Shown here one piece after another: positions 25,177 through 32,078 of a stretch of DNA of 32,078 nt; position 1 is the stretch's first letter; every line of letters starts with the position of its first letter. Origin of the DNA: Sphaeroforma arctica JP610. Its lineage: Eukaryota. The position numbers were made by a program, and so were the translations under genes. The notes under the pieces were generated by a model. It was not told the DNA's origin and ran no database searches. It saw only the letters and a program-made list of their open reading frames with translations. The stretch covers positions 1 through 32,078 of the forward strand of contig NW_014039647.1 of assembly GCF_001186125.1 (NCBI RefSeq), written 5' to 3'.

Positions 25177-26171
25177 CCTCTCTCTCGGTTATCACAACTG
25201 TGCTATATATGTTTGTTTAAAATAAAATAAAAACAATAATCAGTATATTTTTTTACAAAAAGAAAACAATGGAATAGAAATGTGCTCAGCTAAGCTCATT
25301 ATAAATACGTAATGAGGGCCGATTAGAAGTTCAACATTACGACCTACCCATTTGTTTTTCTCTAAAAAGGTAGAGATACAGTACATACTGATAACATTTT
25401 ATTAAAAAAAAACAATCAACGATAGGACAATTTATATCAACAAGAGCATAAGAAATGAATAAAAGTTGTACATAGCTTGTAAAAAAAAATTAAGAGTAGC
25501 CCTACAGTACTGAATGCGACTATGTATACGTTTTCCCCTTTTTGGATTTGTTTTAGAAAATAGTATTTATATATTTTTTTCTATTACAAAATATCTAAAT
25601 ATAGCCCATATCGGCTCCTCTTTCTCTGCTCGAGTCTGTGAGGCCTGTGATGGCCTGATGGCAGGGCCCGCAGGAGGGGCGGGCGGACAACTATCTAGAG
25701 TAGTATCGCCCTACTCCCTCTCTACTACTACTACTAGTTGTCGTAGAGTAGTCAGAGAATGGGGCGTAAGCCTTAAGGAGTTAAGGCCATAGCCCCGAGC
25801 CCGTAACTCCGTGAGTCTATGGCAATTAGGCACGTCCACTGCTGACAGTGCTGAGGCCTCAGTATCCAGTGCTCACAGCTCACAACTCACAGTAACACAA
25901 ACCACTATTTTAGCAGCACTCTTGGGCTGGGCCCGCTGGGCAGAGAGAGTAAGGCACCCTCTCTCTCAGAAAGGAATGAGGAAATGATGATAAATATGCA
26001 TGACCCTCTAGAGAAGAAATAAATTAGTATGCCTGATCGGACTATTGTCCGAAGGACTGGCCGTGAAATATGATGTGGTTTTTTATAGCTTTTGGTTGTT
26101 GTTGTTTTTTAACTAAAAAGTAAAATATCAAGGGTTTAAAAAAAAGTAATTATTAGAGTTAGGAGTGAAGT

Positions 26172-26250
26172 GGGAAGGGGGAATAAGGGGGAATAGGGGG
26201 AATAAGGGGGAATAAGGGGGAAGAGGGAAGGGCGGGAATGAGGAGGGAGG
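26172..26250 (+). repeat. Polypurine (GGGGGAATAA)n tract with G-quadruplex potential
   Basis: About four GGGGGAATA(A) units plus further GGG runs. Confidence 0.8.
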
Positions 26251-26429
26251 TGGTTGGCTGTGTGGACTCAAGTCACCAGTCCTCATTTCGTTAATCGTTA
26301 AATGGCTAATAAAATATTAAAGTATACGTTATACGTTCAACGTTCATACTATATACTTAGTCCCAAATCTAAATAGAGGTGTCATTTTCCAGATCAGACC
26401 CTAGATGACAATTTTACCTATATTGTATA

Positions 26430-26485
26430 TATCATAGCCTTCTTGTCTATCATAGCCTTCTTGTCTATCATAGCCTTCTTGTCTA
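26430..26485. repeat. 18-bp perfect tandem repeat x3
   Basis: TATCATAGCCTTCTTGTC at 26430, 26448 and 26466. Confidence 0.95.
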
Positions 26486-26673
26486 ATTTAGAATTTATTG
26501 TATATATATACCGGCCGCCACTTTTACCCCTCGCAACGTTCGGTACTGCACACTGTGCACAGTTGTCCATTTATCTTTAAATAGCATATTTCCAATGATT
26601 ATAGCTACTATTTATAGTCCGTTCAGCCATATTATCTTATTTCTTCTCTACTATTTAGTAGTCTACTCAGTAA

Positions 26674-27100
26674 GGCGGTTCGGATATGCTACCCTGGTTT
26701 AGAAGCCATGAGAGAGTCCAAAACCCAGGGGGGGGACACTTATGCCTTGCAATTTTGGCCTCGGCCTCATTTGTACCCGCTGGGTGCGGCCTATTATGGG
26801 CCTGAATATGTGCACAAATAAACGCAGTACGTTTTCCCAACATCCACCGTACAATAAACCTGTGCTTTTGAGCGCCAATACTGATACTGTGTAAGAAATC
26901 CAACGATTATAAAAACACCCTAAAAAGTAAGCTTCATAGCCCAATATTGGCCCATACGCAATATTTACGTAAACTTCATAGCCCAATATTGGCCCATACA
27001 CAATAAATTTGGTCCCAGAATTGAAAGTCACAAATGCACCTAAAGTCCGAAAGGTCAGGGGGGGAGGAGGCCTAAACCAGGGTAGCATATCCGAACCGCC
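26674..27100. mobile_element. 427-bp MITE, PIF/Harbinger (Tourist-like)
   Basis: Perfect 29-bp TIR GGCGGTTCGGATATGCTACCCTGGTTTAG (26674-26702) with its reverse complement at 27072-27100. TAA on both flanks (26671-26673, 27101-27103) matches the 3-bp TAA/TTA TSD typical of PIF/Harbinger. Internal 42-bp tandem repeat at 26927-27010. No transposase. Confidence 0.88.
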
Positions 27101-29408
27101 TAAATAGAGCGAGGGTCATGGTGTTTTGCGTTATTTTGATTTTGATTTGTAGTACAAAAATGTGTCAGTTATTATTACTACCCGACTGCTGACTTGAAGG
27201 CGAAGCCAATTTGACACAAAAAATATGTTTCATTGTTTCATTGTGTATGTATTTCGTTGCCAAAAAAAAACTATAGGTGTAATATAGCTAGCCTGCCAGG
27301 TCATATCTGCGAGGAAAAAAATCAGGTTAAATTTGATTTACAATACAAACGCATTTGAGTCATTGCTGAGCCAAAATATCTGGAGAATACACCCAAATGT
27401 TTATGTCACTAATTTAATAATTTGACACAAGTCCAATATCCAGGTGCTAAACAAAATAAACACATCCGAACCGCCTATTTTTTTTTTAAATAACAAATAT
27501 ATATATATGTACATATATAATTTTAAAATACGCATTAGAAAAACATCTTATTTTTATCTATTTATTTTAAAACAACAATATGTATATTGTAAATAGTAAC
27601 ACAAGCCCCTGTGGCCTGTGGCCTGTGTCGTGCGCCCGTGCCCACACTCTTTTATTCCTGGCTCTCTGGATTTATAGGGTCTGCGAGACTGCGACTCTGC
27701 GGCTCTGCGCTAAATTTAGTGCCTGTTCTAGAGTAGTGAGAGAGAGAGTAGTAGATACCCACTCCCTCACTCTCAGTCCCTATATTTAAATACTTTACCT
27801 TTTCTATTTTAAACACTTATCAATATTCGTCTCATTCTGACAATCTCTCTTCTCTTGGTTGGTCTGTGTTCTGCAAGAGAGAGGTCTCGGGAGTCGGGAC
27901 TCGGGAGTCGGGACTCAGGACTCAAGAGTGTATTTAGCCACCTAAATGGGCCCGAAAAGTACTAATTTACTTTTTATTTATATATATATATATATATATA
28001 TTTATATAACAAACAAATATAAAAAAGGTAAGGAATATCTCTTGACTCATGAGTCTTGAGTCTTGAGTCATATTTTAGTTGTTTTTTTTATAACTAATTT
28101 GGTTTACCTGCTTCTCTGTGGTGGAACCGTGGAAGTGTGTTTTTTTTATACTATACATATAGAAGAAACAAAAATTGAATATTCGTATTTATCTTCATAT
28201 TTATCGCTGTTGTTTCTAAGTTTCAACGCGTTTTCCTATAGTTCTAAAAAATATCTACTGTTCTAAATGGGGGGGGGGGCGGGGGGTTTGAATAATCAAA
28301 AACGGTAGCGTTTGGAAAACAATAACGTTTTGGTTACTTCTCCTGGTAGACGAAAATTAGCCTGCTTCTAAATATTTTTTAGGTTCTTTCACAATCGTAT
28401 AGAAAAGATTTTGTTGGCGTTTATTTTTATAAACGTAATGAGGCCATTCAGAGATGATTTACAAAGCCTGCTCTCTTTCTTTTGAGTCTTCCAAATGTAT
28501 ATTTATTAGAAGGCTATATGATCTGTAGTATTTGTTTTTTGTGTGTTTTTTGTTGCAAAAACAACAAATATATTCACAACAAAAACAAAACACTGTACGA
28601 GTGTTCGGGTGTACGACAAAATGTAAATGTCTGATTTCTGAGGGCTTTGTTTCTGGGGGCTTTGAAGATATTTAAGATAAATATAATAAATTGTTTGTTT
28701 TCTTTTGTTTTTTTTGGATTGTTTAAACCAATCATAGCATAGCGTTCTAAAAGTTGAAACACAAAAGAAATTCAAATACAAACTGTACATCTACATATAT
28801 TTTTATTTTTATTTTTATTTTTATTGTAAAATAAGCACACTGCAACAGTGAAAAGTGACAACGCAGAAGTTGTAGTGAAGTCTGAACTCTGAAGTCTGAA
28901 CAAATATTTTAGCCTTCTCTCTCTCTCTTGTGTGTATTTACACAACTGACAATTAATTCACACACACAAAAGAGCAAGGAAGAGAGAAGAGAGTGACTGA
29001 GAACTTGAGAAGTCAGTCACACTCACACACTGTCGCCCAGAGAGAGGAGAGAATGTACAATAAAAATATATATAAAATGGATTAAAAAAAAGGAAAACGT
29101 TATTGTTGGTTTTTTGTTTATTTTAAATGTTTTTTTTAAAACAACAAAACAATTAAATACACACATGTTTTTGGTTGACGACTTGACGAAGTTGACGGCT
29201 AACCTTTTTTTGTTTTTTGTTTTTTAAAAAACACAAAAAGATGTATAATTTCTGTGTATATATGGTGTACTACATATCAGTGAGGATATCAAATACAAAC
29301 TAATTAGCAAAAGATAACCACCGATTCGGTTCAAATGAAACAAGTTCTGTTATCCTAAATTAAGCATCGCAATTGTGTTGAATTCTGTATCATATCCGGT
29401 ATTCGATA

Positions 29409-31013
29409 ATGTCTGGGCAATACAGGTACGATGGTCAGTCAGGAGGAAACCGAAAAGCTAACGTCTCGTACTCATCCAGTCCCAACACTCGCGCCACAGT
29501 ATTCCCGTATCCGTCACCGGATAGAGTCCACAAAGTCGAAGGGGACACAAACTGTAGCATGATGCAAGCGATGACTGATTTTCAAACCATTATGGTTGAC
29601 GGTAGATGTATCGGGCTGGAACCAAGTACTCCTCAGAGCCCGGCAATGGATGACTCGTTTAGAAAAGATACTCAGCAGCTACAAGTACTACAGCAACCGT
29701 CCCAAGCGTCAGGAGTTGGTGGGTACGTGGCAAGGTCGCGTTCGGGGGTATTATTGAATACTGCCAGTTATCAAGGACAACAATTAGGAACACAAGTACC
29801 AAGCACGTTAAACTCTGATCCGCAATTTAGCCGGGAAAGTAGAATCAAAGCGCCAACCAGTGTACGATTGGAGAGGTGTCTCTCGGATTCGAGTGAGATT
29901 TTGAGTTCGAGCATACAAAGCGATTTTGCTTCATCTAACGCCGCACATCCGCGATTATTGCACTACGCAGCTACTTCGGGGGAATACGGTAGTCGTGAAG
30001 CTGGCTGTAATATACAAAATAGAACACATGACAGTAATTTATATAATTTCAAAATGGATTACAACGGGTTTGTAGTTCCAAGCCCATCTGAGGCGCAATT
30101 TTCCGAGCAAACGAGTTTACCTCGGCAGCAGGCAGTGCATCAGCAACCAAGAAGACAGTCTCCGACTGACGATCGTATGGCCATGTTAGACCGCATCTTG
30201 TCTATGGATCACATGGATGCCCATAAGCAACTTGGCCGGGAAGCTGTTGGTGATAATAAGCGTATGCAACAGTCGCTAAAGTCGACACTGTCGGGTCCTA
30301 TGTCATATTTCAACTTGAACACTTCGCAACATGACAACAATGGCTCTGATCTACAAGCACCACTGTCACGAAGACAAACATCTGTTCCTGTTTCGAATTT
30401 CGGTAACCACAAAATTGATGGTACTTTTGCCCAAAGGCAAATACCGGCGCCAATACCTCATCTCCCTTTCGAATTTTCTGCCAGTCCATCAATGCCTGTG
30501 ATCACTGATGTATCAGTCTCTCCATGCTCACCAATGGCATCAGTGCTTTCTGAACCGAATGGATTCCCGCCAATGATGCGCAGCATGACAGATATGCTAC
30601 GGTCTACCAACAGTGCACCAGTCTTAAAGGTGACGGATGGATACAGCACGAATATCTGGTATAATCAAAAAGACGGTGGTTCTTTAAAAACAACCTACGC
30701 TACAAAATCTTTGCCAGGCTATGCAAGGGTGGGTACAATCATATTGACATTTGATATGGAATGCGGTGTTATAAAAAAAGCATATCTGCCCGATAATGAA
30801 AAAGGAAAAGCGGTACGTGTGATGATGGGTAGGGCGTTCGGATCCGGTATTCTTCTAGAAACACGGGCACCGGGTACCCCTGCACATATAGACTTGAGGT
30901 TTAGAGTAGAACTGAAAACTAGGAGAACTGGTGGAAAGACAATCTGTGCGTATCCCGACCCCAAATATCTGGACAAAGTATTCACGCAGCTGATGAAGCT
31001 ACTAGATGAATAG
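29409..31013 (+). CDS. Hypothetical protein, 534 aa, apparently intronless; S/Q/P-rich N-terminus and an unrecognised C-terminal globular domain
   Basis: 1605-bp ATG-to-TAG ORF with higher GC and complexity than the AT-rich flanks. AATAAA-like signals are not clear. No family recognised. Confidence 0.8.
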   Translation: MSGQYRYDGQSGGNRKANVSYSSSPNTRATVFPYPSPDRVHKVEGDTNCSMMQAMTDFQTIMVDGRCIGLEPSTPQSPAMDDSFRKDTQQLQVLQQPSQASGVGGYVARSRSGVLLNTASYQGQQLGTQVPSTLNSDPQFSRESRIKAPTSVRLERCLSDSSEILSSSIQSDFASSNAAHPRLLHYAATSGEYGSREAGCNIQNRTHDSNLYNFKMDYNGFVVPSPSEAQFSEQTSLPRQQAVHQQPRRQSPTDDRMAMLDRILSMDHMDAHKQLGREAVGDNKRMQQSLKSTLSGPMSYFNLNTSQHDNNGSDLQAPLSRRQTSVPVSNFGNHKIDGTFAQRQIPAPIPHLPFEFSASPSMPVITDVSVSPCSPMASVLSEPNGFPPMMRSMTDMLRSTNSAPVLKVTDGYSTNIWYNQKDGGSLKTTYATKSLPGYARVGTIILTFDMECGVIKKAYLPDNEKGKAVRVMMGRAFGSGILLETRAPGTPAHIDLRFRVELKTRRTGGKTICAYPDPKYLDKVFTQLMKLLDE

Positions 31014-31610
31014 TTCATTGTCCATTTTGTTATAAATACATAATGTATTCCACATCTGAAATGGGTTGTACTCGCAATTGTGGACTTGGTTGTTAGCTGT
31101 CTGGATCAACAAAGCAAGACGTAACTCAGAATGACTAAATGAGCGAGTATTTAATTACTACACTATCATTACCCTGAAAATGTATTTTACGAACATACAT
31201 TTGCGCGTTCTGTACACATCTACACATATATATTCGAACTTGTGAAATGAAACGTCGTTCGTATGGGATACATATGGTGCACAACTGCACACTTTCAAGA
31301 ACCGGGTCCTTCCGGTACATCTTTTAACACGAATAACTTTTGAACTGCGTCTGCAGGTGAAAATTTTGAAGAAGAAAAATCGTCATGACGAGAGCTACTT
31401 ATAGAGGCATAACAAACGTCTGGGAGTAAATTTTATTTTGAGATGTATTTAAATTGTAAAATTGTAAAATACACTTGATGGCGGGACGCCTGACTCTGAA
31501 ATTCAACCTATTTATAGATCGCAAATTTTTGCTCGTGATTTTATTGGACAAGATATTTACAGTAAATTTAGTACTGACACTCTAAAATGCACACAGACGT
31601 GTGTAGACAC

Positions 31611-31789
31611 CTATCTGCTTTCACCCTGCTGGCGCTGCAGGATCCGGTAGTTGCGTCGGTGGATTAAGATATCCAACAATATCTGCCGGCGACGCTTCAC
31701 GTCACATTTCTTCTTGTAGGTGAGATCTCTCCTATCTAGTTCAGCGTTAATCAAGTCGGACCTTCCGTCCATAATCCATGCATTGCTAC
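31611..31789 (-). other. Possible terminal exon or degenerate coding fragment
   Basis: After TTAG the frame reads SNAWIMDGRSDLINAELDRRDLTYKKKCDVKRRRQILLDILIHRRNYRILQRQQGESR*. I could not join it in phase to an upstream exon. Confidence 0.3.
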
Positions 31790-32078
31790 CTAATTTTCTA
31801 GCTAATGTAAACTTCGATGGAAATTACTAGGTTTCAAACTATATTAAACTAAAATACAATTTAGTCAGTTAGGATTTAGCAGTGGTAGCTTGTGTAAGAA
31901 TGATCGGGACTGCCTCTTGTTAAGAGCCTAAATATCCTCGATCACACAGGGCGTACCTCTAGCTGTTCTTTATTGAATAATTTTCACTAGAAGTACTAAG
32001 TGTTCATGACCACATGCCTAATTTGTAGATAGACATAATAACGTAAGTCACGTTAATACATTAGCTGATATAAATAAA

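Noticed and set aside
24224..25195. 323-aa and 248-aa ORFs
   Set aside because: Artefacts of the 8-bp satellite plus the N gap
25984..26036. ATGATGA...CTGA as a possible C/D snoRNA
   Set aside because: Only about 53 nt, with no terminal stem or identifiable guide
23252..26485. Repeats as a CRISPR-like array
   Set aside because: No regular repeat-spacer periodicity, no cas genes, and a eukaryotic context
26667..27088. ORFs inside the MITE as a transposase
   Set aside because: Short, no DDE-like motifs, and partly encoded by the internal tandem repeat

Overview
Intron-rich eukaryotic draft scaffold with N gaps and TA/TG microsatellites. The gene set and style suggest a unicellular opisthokont such as an ichthyosporean, but that is inference only. 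Three spliced genes were reconstructed by hand with GT-AG boundaries and consistent phases. (1) Dynactin p50/dynamitin (DCTN2, + strand, 12 exons 312-4326, start exon not established). (2) RRP5/PDCD11 (- strand, 6 exons 13262-4633, 1992 aa, S1 repeats plus HAT/TPR). (3) UTP15 (+ strand, 8 exons 14081-18816, 509 aa, WD40 plus UTP15_C). RRP5 and UTP15, both SSU-processome genes, lie head-to-head 818 bp apart with a CACGTG E-box between them. A 10.6-kb non-coding interval follows. It holds an intact Harbinger/Tourist-like MITE (29-bp TIR, TAA TSD), a 208-bp unclassified TIR element (TTGT TSD, palindromic internal motifs), a (GGCTGTGA)n satellite spanning a gap, and many micro-duplications and micro-palindromes. 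It ends at an intronless 534-aa orphan ORF with a long low-complexity region and an unrecognised ~130-aa C-terminal domain. No rRNA, tRNA or CRISPR array was seen.
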